A DNA stretch of 64,000 nucleotides from an uncultured Alphaproteobacteria bacterium (GCA_943788635.1 CALSRA010000007.1:27035-91034); one strand, 5' to 3'. Shown: positions 27,683 through 38,243, counted from the first letter of the stretch. Numbers and translations: made by a program. Notes: generated by a model not told the origin, from the sequence alone.

Positions 27683-29577
27683 CGTCTGCCGAAAATCTGC
27701 TGACGGTCGAGAACCTGAAAGTGCAGTTCAAGCTGCAGAAAGGATATGTCGAGGCGGTAAAGGGCGTTTCTTTCCGCATTAAACCGGGATCGACCGTCGC
27801 GCTGGTTGGCGAGTCCGGCTCGGGAAAATCCGTCATATCCCAGGCAATCATGGGTATTCTGCCCAAGGCAGCGCAAATCGCCGGCGGACGGATCCTGTTT
27901 AACGACCCGGCCAAACCTGGCGAAACGGTTGATATTGCAGCACTGAATCCCGAGCATGCACCGATGCGCGCCATTCGCGGCGACCGCATTTCGATCATTT
28001 TTCAGGAACCGATGACCTCCCTGTCGCCGCTTCATACTGTCGGCGACCAGATCGGCGAGGCCCTGCATCTGCATCGGCAATGCTCGAAACCTGAAGGGGA
28101 AGAACTGACCAGGGATATGTTGCGCCTGGTCGGATTTCCCGACCCTGCCCGGGCACTCAGAACCTACCCGTTCGAGCTTTCCGGCGGCTTGCGGCAGCGC
28201 GCGATGATTGCGATGGCGCTAATCTGCCGCCCCAGCCTGCTCATCGCCGATGAACCGACGACCGCGCTCGACGTGACCATTCAGGCCCAGATCCTGAAAC
28301 TGATGGTCGACCTGCAATCCGGATTCGGCATGGCCGTTCTGATGATCACGCACGACCTCGGCGTCGTCGCCAACATGGCCGATGAAATCGTCGTCATGTA
28401 TCACGGCGAGGTCATGGAATCCGGAACGCTCGATCATATTTTCCGCGACGCGCAGCACCCGTATCTCAAGGCCCTGCAGCATGCCGTACCACGCTTCGAT
28501 ATGAAGCCTGGCGAAAAGCTGACGCCCATCCGGGAAATCAAACCGGCGCGCGGCTTCCTGCATGAAGCCAAGAAGCCCTGGCCGGAAGGCGCGGATGCCG
28601 CCGGACCGTTGCTCAACGTAAAGAACCTCCGAAAAGAATTCGTGATCCGTAAAAGCGGCTGGTTCGGTTCCAGTGACGAAGACCGCGTCGTTGCGGTGGA
28701 CGACGTCAGTTTCGAGATCGCCCGCGGCGAATGCCTTGGCCTTGTCGGGGAGAGCGGCTGCGGCAAGACAACCCTGTCGAAAATGCTCATGCGCGCCATT
28801 TCGGCCGATAGCGGCAGCGTGACCTTCAATGACCACGGTACAGCACTGGATGTGCTGGGGCTGGACAAGCAGGCACTGAACCCCTTCCGACGCAAGATGC
28901 AGTTCATTTTTCAGGATCCCTATTCTTCCCTGAACCCCCGCATGACCGTTTTCGATATCATCACCGAACCCCTGGTCATTCACGAAATCGGCGATGACAG
29001 CAGCCGCCGCCAATGCGCGCGGGAACTGATGGAACTCGTCGGCCTTGATATCCGGCATCTGAACCGGTATCCGCACAGTTTTTCCGGCGGCCAGCGCCAG
29101 CGCATCGGTATCGCGCGGGCGCTTGCGCTGCAACCCGACCTGTTGATCTGTGACGAACCCGTCTCTGCACTGGACGTTTCGGTCCAGGCGCAGGTCCTGA
29201 ATCTGCTGAAGGATCTTCAGGACGAGCTGGGCCTTACCTATCTGTTCATTTCGCACAACCTCGCGGTTGTGGACTACATCGCCGACCGAATTGCGGTGAT
29301 GTGCCGGGGTCGCCTGGTGGAAACCGCACCCTGCGCCGAGCTGTTCCGCAACCCGGTGCACCCCTATACGCAGGCGTTGCTGCGCGCCGTTCCGGAACCG
29401 AACCCGGACAATAAACTCGATTTTTCGGCCATCCTGGGAGAGCGCGCGTCGATCCCGTCAGCATGGCCGGCACCGTTTACCGAAGACGGCGCCGCACGAC
29501 CGGTATTGCGCAGCATTGGCGCCGGACATGCTGTTCGCGCCCAGCCCGAAGCAGACCTCGGAGCATGGATGTCATGA
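27679..29577 (+). CDS. Fused double-ATPase of a peptide/opine-type (Dpp/Opp/YejF-like) ABC importer
   Basis: 632 aa. Two Walker A motifs ([16 protein letters not shown]), two signatures ([16 protein letters not shown]), and two oligopeptide-ATPase C-terminal regions (HPYLKAL, HPYTQAL). Confidence 0.9.
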   Translation: MTSAENLLTVENLKVQFKLQKGYVEAVKGVSFRIKPGSTVALVGESGSGKSVISQAIMGILPKAAQIAGGRILFNDPAKPGETVDIAALNPEHAPMRAIRGDRISIIFQEPMTSLSPLHTVGDQIGEALHLHRQCSKPEGEELTRDMLRLVGFPDPARALRTYPFELSGGLRQRAMIAMALICRPSLLIADEPTTALDVTIQAQILKLMVDLQSGFGMAVLMITHDLGVVANMADEIVVMYHGEVMESGTLDHIFRDAQHPYLKALQHAVPRFDMKPGEKLTPIREIKPARGFLHEAKKPWPEGADAAGPLLNVKNLRKEFVIRKSGWFGSSDEDRVVAVDDVSFEIARGECLGLVGESGCGKTTLSKMLMRAISADSGSVTFNDHGTALDVLGLDKQALNPFRRKMQFIFQDPYSSLNPRMTVFDIITEPLVIHEIGDDSSRRQCARELMELVGLDIRHLNRYPHSFSGGQRQRIGIARALALQPDLLICDEPVSALDVSVQAQVLNLLKDLQDELGLTYLFISHNLAVVDYIADRIAVMCRGRLVETAPCAELFRNPVHPYTQALLRAVPEPNPDNKLDFSAILGERASIPSAWPAPFTEDGAARPVLRSIGAGHAVRAQPEADLGAWMS

Positions 29578-31490
29578 CACACTGGATCAAACGTTGCACC
29601 GCAATCGGCCTCGTCGTGGCGATGCCGGAACTCGCGGCGGCGATGACGTATATGGAAACGCCCTCCCTGGCACCCGCCGTCGCAAGCGGCGCGCTGCCAC
29701 CCGTCGCAAAACGGTTACCCGCCGTCCCGCAGATTGTGCCAATGGACAAAGCCGATCAATCGATTGGCCGGCACGGTGGTTCCGTGAATACCATCATGGC
29801 CCGGTCAAAGGATGTCCGGCTGATGGTCGTTTACGGCTATGCGCGGCTGGTAAAATTCAACCGAAACCTGGAAATCGTTCCCGACATCCTTGCAGGCATC
29901 GACGTTGTCGAGGGCCGGGAATTTACGATGCGGTTGCGGCCGGGGCATAAATGGTCCGACGGCAAGCCGTTCACCTCTGCAGATTTCCGCTATTACTGGA
30001 AAGATGTCGCCGGCAACGATTTGCTTTCACCGACCGGTCCCCCGACATCGCTGCGTGTCGACGGTGAACTGCCGACCGTAACCTTTATTGATGAAACAAC
30101 GGTCCGGTACACATGGTCGAAACCGAACCCGGCATTCCTTCCGGCACTGGCCAGCGCGACGCCGCTTTATCTTTATCGCCCGGCCCATTACCTCAAGCAG
30201 TTCCACGCTTCGTATAATGACGAAGCGAAGCTGAACGCAAAGGCCAAGGAAAAGGGTCAGCGGAACTGGGCGTCGCTCCATAACAAGGAAGACCACGCCT
30301 ACCGCAACCAGAACATCAATCTGCCGTCGTTGCAGCCCTGGACCAATACGACGGAAGGGCCGGCCGAGCGCTTTGTTTTCGAACGCAACCCGTTCTACCA
30401 CAAGGTCGACCCCGAAGGACGGCAGCTGCCCTATATCGACCGTTTCATTTTGAACATGGCCAGCGGCAAAATCATTCCCGCCAAGGTCGGCACCGGACAA
30501 TCCGATCTGCAGGCCCGCTATCTGCGGTTTGACAACTTCACCTTTCTGAAGCGCAACGAGGTCAAGAGCGGCTATTCAACAAGGTTATGGCGGATCGCCA
30601 AGGGGTCGCACCTGACCCTGTTCCCCAACCTGAATGCCAATGATCCGGCGTGGCGCAAATTGTTGCGCGACGTTCGGTTCCGCCGAGCGCTTTCGATGGG
30701 CGTTGACCGGTTCGAACTGAATAAGGTGATTTATTACGGTCTTGCGCTGCCGGCCCAGAATACGGTTCTGCCGGATAGCCCGCTGTTCAAGGAAGAATAC
30801 CAGAAAGCCTGGGCGAATTTCGACCTCGCCGCTGCCAACCAGCTTCTGGACGACATCGGACTGACAGAGCGCGACGACCGTGGCGTCCGCCTTTTGCCGG
30901 ATGGCCGACCACTGGAAATCATCGTGGAATCAACCGGCGAAAGCACCGAAGAAGCAGACGTGCTGGAACTGATCACCGATAGCTGGGCCGCCATCGGCGT
31001 CAAGCTGCTGACCAAGCCGTCACAACGAGACGTCATGCGGAACCGGGTTTATGCGGGCGATACCATCATGTCGATTTCCTCCGGCCTCGAAAACGGTGTG
31101 CCGAACGCGGATATGGACCCGGAAGGCCTCACCCCGATTCACCAGATTCACTACCAATGGCCAAAATGGGGCCAGTATGCCGAAACAATGGGCCGGATGG
31201 GCGAACCTGCCGACATGCCCAAAGCAGTACAGTTGGTCGAATTGCACAAGCAATGGCGCAAGGCGACCAACACCGAAGCGCGCCGGAAAATCTGGGATGA
31301 AATCCTCTCGATCAATGCCGACCAAGTTTACACCATCGGCCTGATTTCCGGCGTGCTGCAACCGGTCGTGGTCCGCAACACGCTGCGGAACGTTCCGGAA
31401 AAAGGCATCTACAACTGGGACCCAGGCGCCCATTTTGGAATTTACGAACCCGACAGTTTCTGGTTCGCCGAAGAAACCGCGAGCAAATAG
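29565..31490 (+). CDS. ABC transporter substrate-binding protein, family 5 (peptide/nickel/opine type)
   Basis: ~640 aa. Signal-like N-terminus [29 protein letters not shown] 29574 (ATGA overlap with the ATPase stop) is an alternative start. The ORF upstream extension to 29463 was not used. Confidence 0.85.
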   Translation: MDVMTHWIKRCTAIGLVVAMPELAAAMTYMETPSLAPAVASGALPPVAKRLPAVPQIVPMDKADQSIGRHGGSVNTIMARSKDVRLMVVYGYARLVKFNRNLEIVPDILAGIDVVEGREFTMRLRPGHKWSDGKPFTSADFRYYWKDVAGNDLLSPTGPPTSLRVDGELPTVTFIDETTVRYTWSKPNPAFLPALASATPLYLYRPAHYLKQFHASYNDEAKLNAKAKEKGQRNWASLHNKEDHAYRNQNINLPSLQPWTNTTEGPAERFVFERNPFYHKVDPEGRQLPYIDRFILNMASGKIIPAKVGTGQSDLQARYLRFDNFTFLKRNEVKSGYSTRLWRIAKGSHLTLFPNLNANDPAWRKLLRDVRFRRALSMGVDRFELNKVIYYGLALPAQNTVLPDSPLFKEEYQKAWANFDLAAANQLLDDIGLTERDDRGVRLLPDGRPLEIIVESTGESTEEADVLELITDSWAAIGVKLLTKPSQRDVMRNRVYAGDTIMSISSGLENGVPNADMDPEGLTPIHQIHYQWPKWGQYAETMGRMGEPADMPKAVQLVELHKQWRKATNTEARRKIWDEILSINADQVYTIGLISGVLQPVVVRNTLRNVPEKGIYNWDPGAHFGIYEPDSFWFAEETASK

Positions 31491-31505
31491 AACAGGCGCA
31501 CGCAT

Positions 31506-32504
31506 ATGTTTGGCTACATCATCCGCCGGCTTTTCGTCATGATTCCCACGCTGATCATTATCAGCGCGCTGGTCTTTGTCATTATCCAGTTGCCGCCAGG
31601 CGATTATTTCTCGACCTATATGAACGAGCTGCAAAGCCGTGGCGAAGCGATTGACGAAGCCAAGCTGCAATTCATCAAGGAACAGTACGGCTTCGACAAG
31701 CCGATGTGGGAGCAATACCTGGTCTGGGTATTCAATATGTTGCAGGGCGACATGGGATACTCGTTCGAATTCAACCGCCCGGTATCCGATGTGGTCGGTG
31801 ACCGGTTGGCGCTCAGCTTTATCGTTTCCTTTACGACGATCATCTTCACCTGGATCGTGTCCTTCCCCATCGGGGTATATTCCGCCGTTCGTCAGTACAG
31901 CATCGGCGATTACAGCCTGACCTTCCTCGGCTTTCTGGGGCTGGCGACACCGAACTTTCTTCTGGCACTGGTGCTCCAATGGTTCGCCTACAGTTATTTC
32001 GGCACCTCGATCGGCGGGCTTATGGACCCGGAATATATCGATCAGGGATGGAGCATGGGCAAGTTCCTGTCGGTCCTCGAGCATCTCTGGGTCCCGGTCC
32101 TCGTTATCGGCACCTCCGGTACCGCCGGCATGATCCGTCGATTGCGCGCCAATCTTCTGGATGAGCTGCACAAACAGTATGTTACGACCGCCTGCGCGAA
32201 GGGCCTGCCGCCCGGCCGGGCGCTGGTAAAATATCCGCTGCGCATGGCGCTCAACCCATTCATCGCTGATATTGGCAACCTGTTGCCAGAGATCATTTCG
32301 GGTGCCGCAATCGTCTCGATCGTCCTGTCACTGCCAACCACGGGACCAATGCTGCTGAATGCACTGCAAAGCCAGGATATGTATCTTGCCGGATCGTTCC
32401 TGATGTTCCTCGCGGCACTGACCGTTGTCGGTACATTGATTTCCGACCTTGCGCTGGCGGTGCTTGATCCACGTATCCGGCTTGGCGGGGAGGGCGCACG
32501 ATGA
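31506..32504 (+). CDS. ABC importer permease (DppB/YejB-like)
   Basis: 332 aa with 6 predicted TM segments and the typical MFGYIIRRL N-terminus of BPD-transporter permeases. Confidence 0.9.
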   Translation: MFGYIIRRLFVMIPTLIIISALVFVIIQLPPGDYFSTYMNELQSRGEAIDEAKLQFIKEQYGFDKPMWEQYLVWVFNMLQGDMGYSFEFNRPVSDVVGDRLALSFIVSFTTIIFTWIVSFPIGVYSAVRQYSIGDYSLTFLGFLGLATPNFLLALVLQWFAYSYFGTSIGGLMDPEYIDQGWSMGKFLSVLEHLWVPVLVIGTSGTAGMIRRLRANLLDELHKQYVTTACAKGLPPGRALVKYPLRMALNPFIADIGNLLPEIISGAAIVSIVLSLPTTGPMLLNALQSQDMYLAGSFLMFLAALTVVGTLISDLALAVLDPRIRLGGEGAR

Positions 32505-33673
32505 CCGATTCGCCAATCGAACATTACGTCAACAAGGCAGAGTTCGACCCGAACACGCTGGTTACGCTGACGCCGGAGCAGGAACGCTTTTATATGGCGT
32601 CGCAATGGCAATTGATGTGGTGGAAGCTCAAACGCCACAAACTGGCCGTTATCAGTGGTGTTTTCCTGCTGCTGGTCTATCTGTCGATCACTATCAGCGA
32701 AATTCTGTCGCCCTATAATCTGCATGCGCGCAACACTGAATACCTGTATGCGCCGCCGCAGTCGGTACACATATTCCATGATGGCGAATTTGTCGGCCCC
32801 TTCGTCTATGGCATGAAGACCAGCCTGAATATGGAAAACCTGCAATGGAACTATGCCGAGGATACAACGCGGGTCCAGCCGATCCGGTTCTTCTGTAGCG
32901 GCAATGATTACAAGGGGGCCGATTATTCGTTCTGGGGCCTGGTCCCCGGCTCATTCCATCTGTTTTGTCCGGCAGCCGGCGGCCAGCTTTTCCTGCTGGG
33001 TACAGACAGGCTGGGCCGTGACGTATTAAGCCGTGTCCTCTATGGCGCCCGAATTTCGCTGACCGTCGGTCTGATCGGTATCGCAATCAGCTTTATCATG
33101 GGGCTGACCATTGGCGGATTGGCGGGATATTACGGCGGCATGACCGATACAATCGTGCAGCGCATTATTGAAATCATCCGGTCCTTCCCATCCCTGCCAC
33201 TCTGGATGGCGCTATCGGCCATCCTGCCGGTGACCTGGAGTCCGATCCTCGTCTTCGCGGGCATCACGGTCATTCTCGGCATGCTGGACTGGCCGGGGCT
33301 GGCCCGCGCCGTGCGGTCAAAACTGCTGGCATTACGGGAAGAAGACTTTTGCACCGCTGCGGAACTGATGGGCGCGAAACCAAGCCGCGTTATCGGCCGA
33401 CACCTGATGCCCAGCTTCATGAGCCATCTCATCGCATCCGCGACCTTATCGATCCCAAGCATGATCCTGGGCGAAACGGCGCTGAGCTTTCTTGGCCTGG
33501 GCCTGCGCCCGCCGATCACAAGCTGGGGTGTATTGCTGAACGAAGCACAGAACATCAATGTCGTAGCGCTTTATCCATGGCTGATGTTCCCGGTCGTGCC
33601 GGTCATTCTCGTTGTGCTGGCCTTCCAGTTCTTTGGCGACGGATTACGGGACGCAGCCGACCCCTACAAATAG
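32501..33673 (+). CDS. ABC importer permease (DppC/YejE-like) with long N-terminal extension
   Basis: 390 aa. EAA-like loop region (...AAELMGAKPSRVIGRHLMP...). 4-nt overlap with the upstream permease. Confidence 0.9.
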   Translation: MTDSPIEHYVNKAEFDPNTLVTLTPEQERFYMASQWQLMWWKLKRHKLAVISGVFLLLVYLSITISEILSPYNLHARNTEYLYAPPQSVHIFHDGEFVGPFVYGMKTSLNMENLQWNYAEDTTRVQPIRFFCSGNDYKGADYSFWGLVPGSFHLFCPAAGGQLFLLGTDRLGRDVLSRVLYGARISLTVGLIGIAISFIMGLTIGGLAGYYGGMTDTIVQRIIEIIRSFPSLPLWMALSAILPVTWSPILVFAGITVILGMLDWPGLARAVRSKLLALREEDFCTAAELMGAKPSRVIGRHLMPSFMSHLIASATLSIPSMILGETALSFLGLGLRPPITSWGVLLNEAQNINVVALYPWLMFPVVPVILVVLAFQFFGDGLRDAADPYK

Positions 33674-33680
33674 GAAACCT

Positions 33681-35054
33681 TCAGCGGCACGCGAGCACCA
33701 CGGTATCGATCGGATAGTCGACACCGCCGATCATATCGGCGGATCGCTCCTCGCAATCTCCCGTGGCCGCGTACCCTTGTCGTTTCGCAAGCCCGTAGGA
33801 CTCGCGCGTCGTCAGGGCAACCGTTTCCGCGGTGCGATTGTGTTTCTCCAGCTTTGCGCACAGGTTAACCGGATCGCCGATGACGGTGTATTCTAGGCGC
33901 GTTTCATCCCCGACCGCGCCAAAGACGATCCGCCCCGTCACAACGGCAATTCCAATATCGACCGGGCTCTTGCCGGCAGCAACACGCTCTGCTTTCCACG
34001 CCAGGTAGGCAAGGTTCAGGTCGTCAGCCGCCCGCATCGCGTCCGCCGCGTAAGTGTCGCTCGGCAGTGCCGCGCCAAAGGTTGCGAGAATGCCATCGCC
34101 CAGGAACTTGTCGATATTCCCGCCATTCGCCTGAACGATCGGAACCATGCGGGATTCATACTCCGTCAGCAGGCCGACAAGGTCAGACGGTTCCATGTCA
34201 TTCGCCAAAGCCGTAAAGCCGCGAATGTCGATCATCAGAATAGCCGCTTCGCGCGCCTCCCCCTGACCGGGACGGATTTGCGTCTTGGATTGGGTAATCT
34301 TGTCGGCGATCTCCGGTGAGAAAAACCGCGCCAGGTCCTTGGCCGCCGCCGCTTCAATAACGGACCGCTCCAGCAACCGCCGCGCCCGAACCAGGGCAAC
34401 GGACAGAATCGCCGTCACGGTCAGAATTGAAATGATCTTGTCGAATTCCGCGCCGATCAGAACGGTATTGGAGGTCATGTAGGCGACATAGTCGCGGGTA
34501 ATCATGTTGTCCTGCGGATCGATGGATATCACATAGCCGACCAGCAACAACCAGCCGGCCGCCGAAACCGCGCCTGCCAGAATAACGTACCGGGCCTCGA
34601 ACCGCAGCGCCCGCAGCGCAATGAAAATGAACACATACAGCAGCGTCGGCGCCTTCAGGTAAAAGGAGGCGGGCTGATCGTACTGGATATGGAAGCTCCA
34701 AATCATCGTCAGCAACAACGCCAGATCGGCAACAACCGACAACGTCAGAAACCAGCCAGGCAACCGGATTCGATAGGACAGCCACACCCGGAACACCGAG
34801 AATACGAAATACAGGCCAAGCGACAGGCCGACCGGTGTCTGCCAGGGATCGACATCAGAGGTTTTCGGCGAAATGACATACAACGTGCCGAAAATAACCA
34901 CCACACCGAACTGGACCCATGCAATCAGCCGCTCGCTGGCATCCTGCTGCCGGGCAATCGTATCGCGCACCCGTGCGGGAACCTCCAGCGCGCTGCTGTC
35001 CGCACCAAATATCGACGGCAGGAACGATCGTTTCATCGCCCGGTCCTCGTCCAT
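33681..35054 (-). CDS. Membrane-anchored class III adenylate/guanylate cyclase
   Basis: N-terminal ~6 TM segments. Catalytic domain motifs MIDIRGFTAL and KFLGDGILATFG. ATG 35054 lies 2 nt after the upstream stop. The longest ORF begins at GTG 35078. Confidence 0.85.
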   Translation of the reverse strand: MDEDRAMKRSFLPSIFGADSSALEVPARVRDTIARQQDASERLIAWVQFGVVVIFGTLYVISPKTSDVDPWQTPVGLSLGLYFVFSVFRVWLSYRIRLPGWFLTLSVVADLALLLTMIWSFHIQYDQPASFYLKAPTLLYVFIFIALRALRFEARYVILAGAVSAAGWLLLVGYVISIDPQDNMITRDYVAYMTSNTVLIGAEFDKIISILTVTAILSVALVRARRLLERSVIEAAAAKDLARFFSPEIADKITQSKTQIRPGQGEAREAAILMIDIRGFTALANDMEPSDLVGLLTEYESRMVPIVQANGGNIDKFLGDGILATFGAALPSDTYAADAMRAADDLNLAYLAWKAERVAAGKSPVDIGIAVVTGRIVFGAVGDETRLEYTVIGDPVNLCAKLEKHNRTAETVALTTRESYGLAKRQGYAATGDCEERSADMIGGVDYPIDTVVLACR

Positions 35055-35056
35055 TG

Positions 35057-35917
35057 TCACAAGAGTTTTTCGAGCCACAGACTCGATTCTAAAGCCCCGT
35101 CCAAAAGCGGCAGACGAGATACGACGCTAGCACGGCAGGCGTCATTCATGCGGGTCACAACATGGTGACTGGCGAACATCGGCTGCCAGGCGCCCCCCAT
35201 CAGAAGCGCCGCAACACCAAGCTGTTCATTGTAGCCCCGCCAGTCCCAAAGCGACGGATAACCATCGGGCAGGAAGATATCGTGAAAATGAACGATGGCG
35301 CCCGGCGGCAGGGTCGGCAATACCGTATTCAGCAACAGGTCGACATCGCTGCCCGGCATCAGAATATGGCTGGAGTCGATTGTCAGGATATCACCGGCCG
35401 CCAACCCGCCAAAGGGCGCAAGGCCGACCTCCTGAACCGTCCGCCGGTCAAGCGTCACCCGCCGCAGCCCTTCCAGCGCAGCCCGCGGCGCCGGATCAAT
35501 GGCCAGAATTTCTGTATTCAGCCGGCCATCCGCAATGGCACGGGCAAAAAACCGCGTCGAATGGCCGGAGCCGATTTCGACGATCCGGCGCGGTGCCTTC
35601 TGTCTTACGACAGTATAGGCAATCGCCGCATCCAACCGGGGAAACCAGTCCTGATTCCAGCGGGGCGCCGGGGCCGGCGCCACATCACCAATCGCCAGAA
35701 GCGATTCAGAAAATGATTCTATTGCACCCAGCCAATCCATGAACATTGGCGCCGATTCATCGAACAGCGCTTCAAGGGCCGGGTAACCGGGCCGCGTTTC
35801 CGGCGGCGGCAGGCTGCCTGCATACCGATAGGGAATAAAAAAGCCCTGCGGGTTCAGCCCCAGAACCGTCGGCAATCCGGAACGAAGGCGCCGTCGCCAT
35901 GCCTGGAAGGGTGTCAT
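35057..35917 (-). CDS. Class I SAM-dependent methyltransferase (Methyltransf_24-like)
   Basis: 286 aa. IVEIGSGHSTRFFA motif I. ATGA overlap with the upstream MBL gene. Confidence 0.6.
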   Translation of the reverse strand: MTPFQAWRRRLRSGLPTVLGLNPQGFFIPYRYAGSLPPPETRPGYPALEALFDESAPMFMDWLGAIESFSESLLAIGDVAPAPAPRWNQDWFPRLDAAIAYTVVRQKAPRRIVEIGSGHSTRFFARAIADGRLNTEILAIDPAPRAALEGLRRVTLDRRTVQEVGLAPFGGLAAGDILTIDSSHILMPGSDVDLLLNTVLPTLPPGAIVHFHDIFLPDGYPSLWDWRGYNEQLGVAALLMGGAWQPMFASHHVVTRMNDACRASVVSRLPLLDGALESSLWLEKLL

Positions 35918-36762
35918 GGGCGCAGTGTCAGCCCCTCGCGAGCGACCAATGTGCCCGGCCGCATCGCTTCCGCCTGCTTTGCGACCTCATCCATGAATTC
36001 ATCATTGTGATTGGGGTCATGGTGGAAAATTACCAGCGTTTTGACATCGGCTGCATCCGCCAGCTTTACGCCTTCCTGCCAGGTTGAATGTCCGAAGCCC
36101 TTGAACTTGGGATATTCTTCGTCGGTATAGGTCGCGTCGTAAATGACAATATCGGCACCGCGAACGAGCGCGACCACTTTGTCGTCGATATGGTCTTCAA
36201 AATGTTCGGTATCGGTAATGTAGCAAATTGCCTTGCCGTCATATTCCACCCTGTACCCGGTCGCGCGGTTGGGGTGGTTCAAGGGACCGGTCCGGATTGT
36301 GACACCGGGATACGGGGTCAGCACCTTGCCGCATTCGTAATCGTTATAGGACACCTCTGCCTGGAAAATTTCCGGCGGCACCGGAAATAGCGGCGCCATC
36401 ATCATTTCAACCAGCACCTGCCTCAGATTGTGTTCGGGTAACAAATGCCCGGCCCAGAGCCGAACCTTGTTGCCGGGAATGAACATGGGCACGAAAAACG
36501 GCAACCCGCAGACATGGTCGAAATGCGTATGGGTAAAAAACAGATCTGTTTCGCCCGGTCCCATCGGCACCAGCTTGTTGCCGAGTTTGCGCAGGCCGGT
36601 ACCGGCATCAAAAATGAACCGCCGGTCACCGCACATGACCTCCAGACAGGATGTATCCCCGCCATAGCGAATCGTTTCAGGGCCCGGGCAGGCTATGCTC
36701 CCGCGCACGCCCCAGAACGTGACGCTGAATTCCTGCTGCTCCGTCATACCATGCGTCCCCAA
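35914..36762 (-). CDS. MBL-fold metallo-hydrolase
   Basis: 282 aa. HTHFDH metal-binding motif and a later conserved His/Asp pattern. Confidence 0.8.
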   Translation of the reverse strand: MGTHGMTEQQEFSVTFWGVRGSIACPGPETIRYGGDTSCLEVMCGDRRFIFDAGTGLRKLGNKLVPMGPGETDLFFTHTHFDHVCGLPFFVPMFIPGNKVRLWAGHLLPEHNLRQVLVEMMMAPLFPVPPEIFQAEVSYNDYECGKVLTPYPGVTIRTGPLNHPNRATGYRVEYDGKAICYITDTEHFEDHIDDKVVALVRGADIVIYDATYTDEEYPKFKGFGHSTWQEGVKLADAADVKTLVIFHHDPNHNDEFMDEVAKQAEAMRPGTLVAREGLTLRP

Positions 36763-36933
36763 TTTCCGGGTGGCGCCCCTTCGTTATGCCCGGAGTATAG
36801 CGGCAACAATCGGGTAACGCTTTAAAAAAACGGTTAACGGGATACCGTTGGCTGCCACACCACGAAAATAGTTGTCATTAATAGGGAACCGACGATACGG
36901 CGCACAAAATACGCAATCAAGCCCCAGGCGACG

Positions 36934-37437
36934 TTAGATTACCTGAAACAGCAGTCCCGCCAGAACTCCCGCCACGACCGGCAGGATCGCGGAGGCGGCG
37001 AGGCGGATGAAGGTGAACCGGGCGCCCATCATCGGGATCTCATAGACCATGACCCGGAACGTCGCATAAACCGACCAGCCGGTAATGAAGGCGATCAACT
37101 GCGGCAGGCCGGCACCTGTATGATACAGCGACAGCGCCAAGGGGAACGACAGGAACGGACCGCTGGGCACCAGCCCTCCTGCCAGCGACGCGATGATAAT
37201 ACCGGTCAGCCCGGATTCCGAGCCGATCAGATGGGCGATAAGTTCCTGCGGGATCATTTGCGACAGCAGCATTGCCGCCAGCAAGGCGAATGGCACAATT
37301 CGAACGACGATCTTGCCGAGGGTCAGGGCACCATTCAGGCCTTCGCGGACGCCCTGGGAGCCATGCGTGTACCAGGTCAGCGCCATGAAAAAGACGACCA
37401 GCCCCCACAGGATATAGACACTGGTATCAATCATCAT
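36934..37437 (-). CDS. Half-size permease (COG0701/ArsP-like), downstream partner
   Basis: 167 aa, polytopic. Homologous to the upstream 192-aa ORF (GIIIASLAGGLVPSGPFLSFPLAL vs GIMIATCVGALTPGGPMLAFPLVV). ATGA overlap. Confidence 0.6.
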   Translation of the reverse strand: MMIDTSVYILWGLVVFFMALTWYTHGSQGVREGLNGALTLGKIVVRIVPFALLAAMLLSQMIPQELIAHLIGSESGLTGIIIASLAGGLVPSGPFLSFPLALSLYHTGAGLPQLIAFITGWSVYATFRVMVYEIPMMGARFTFIRLAASAILPVVAGVLAGLLFQVI

Positions 37438-38012
37438 GGCTTGGCCACCGGTCCGGCGCCGGGTTTCCTGTCACCTATGAAATGGGTGATCAGCATGATG
37501 GTCAATCCGGCGATAATCGGCAGGGGAATTGAGGAAATATACCGGACTGCAGCAAATTCAGTGCCCATGAAGGGCAATTCCCACATGATGATGCGATGGA
37601 TGCCCAGCACCGCCCAGGCGGTGATAAAGGTCACGACGCAGGTCAGCGAGGCCCCGGCATTGCGCAAGACGACAACCAGCGGAAAGGCCAGCATCGGGCC
37701 GCCCGGGGTCAAGGCACCAACGCAGGTGGCGATCATGATACCGCGAAAACCGGCGCCATCGCCCAGCCAGCGGGCGACCAGACTGCGCGGCACCAGCACC
37801 TGTATGAAGCCACCAATCAGCAATGCCGCCGACATGCGCGGGATCAGATTGAGAATCTGCGAAACATAATTATCGATCGACGTTTCGACCGCCGCCGGCC
37901 CTTCGAGATACCAGCACAACACCCCCATCACCAGCGACACGGCAAGCCAGATGACAATGCCCTTCCAGCCACCGCCCGGACGCCCCGCCTTGGCAGAGTC
38001 GGTTTCGCTCAC
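37434..38012 (-). CDS. Half-size permease (COG0701/ArsP-like), upstream partner
   Basis: 192 aa, polytopic. Paralogous to 36934-37437. Confidence 0.6.
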   Translation of the reverse strand: MSETDSAKAGRPGGGWKGIVIWLAVSLVMGVLCWYLEGPAAVETSIDNYVSQILNLIPRMSAALLIGGFIQVLVPRSLVARWLGDGAGFRGIMIATCVGALTPGGPMLAFPLVVVLRNAGASLTCVVTFITAWAVLGIHRIIMWELPFMGTEFAAVRYISSIPLPIIAGLTIMLITHFIGDRKPGAGPVAKP

Positions 38013-38170
38013 CCGTTATTCCCCGGAATCGTCTGTGTTTACGTGAAATCGGTTTCAACATCCTGATTATTCCGCGAGCGCGAAAGGATGCCAATACCTT
38101 CGTTATACAGGCGGATTCGCCGCCGTCCAGAAACAACTGGGCCACACAGGGCAGCAATGCGCCTTGTGCA

Positions 38171-38216
38171 GAACAAGAAAAAGCCGCCCCACCCGAAAAT
38201 TCCCGGGTTGGGCGGC
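38171..38216 (-). terminator. Rho-independent terminator downstream of 38244-39314
   Basis: 13-bp GC-rich stem (38183-38195 pairs with 38204-38216, one mismatch) with an 8-nt loop. On the minus strand it is followed by TTTTTCTTGTTC. Confidence 0.65.
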
Positions 38217-38243
38217 CATTATACTATTGCGTTATTCGAACAA

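Noticed and set aside
31020-32171. A 383-aa minus-strand ORF. Other long antisense ORFs of the same kind include 28219-29361 (-), 38088-39062 (+), 8102-8758 (+), 20183-20917 (+), 41586-42263 (-), 55437-56096 (-), 62196-62942 (-) and 62422-63192 (-).
   Set aside because: Each lies antisense to a gene with clear family motifs. Their translations are Arg/Gly/Pro/Ala-rich and low-complexity with no recognisable motifs. This is the usual stop-codon-poor antisense frame of GC-rich DNA.
36934-38012. The two half-permeases as one gene broken by the same kind of frameshift seen downstream of 41.8 kb.
   Set aside because: Not adopted, because the junction is a clean ATGA stop/start overlap with a double-Met start, the region lies outside the frameshift-dense block, and each half is a complete copy of the repeat unit. 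It cannot be fully excluded without relatives (see the corresponding finding).
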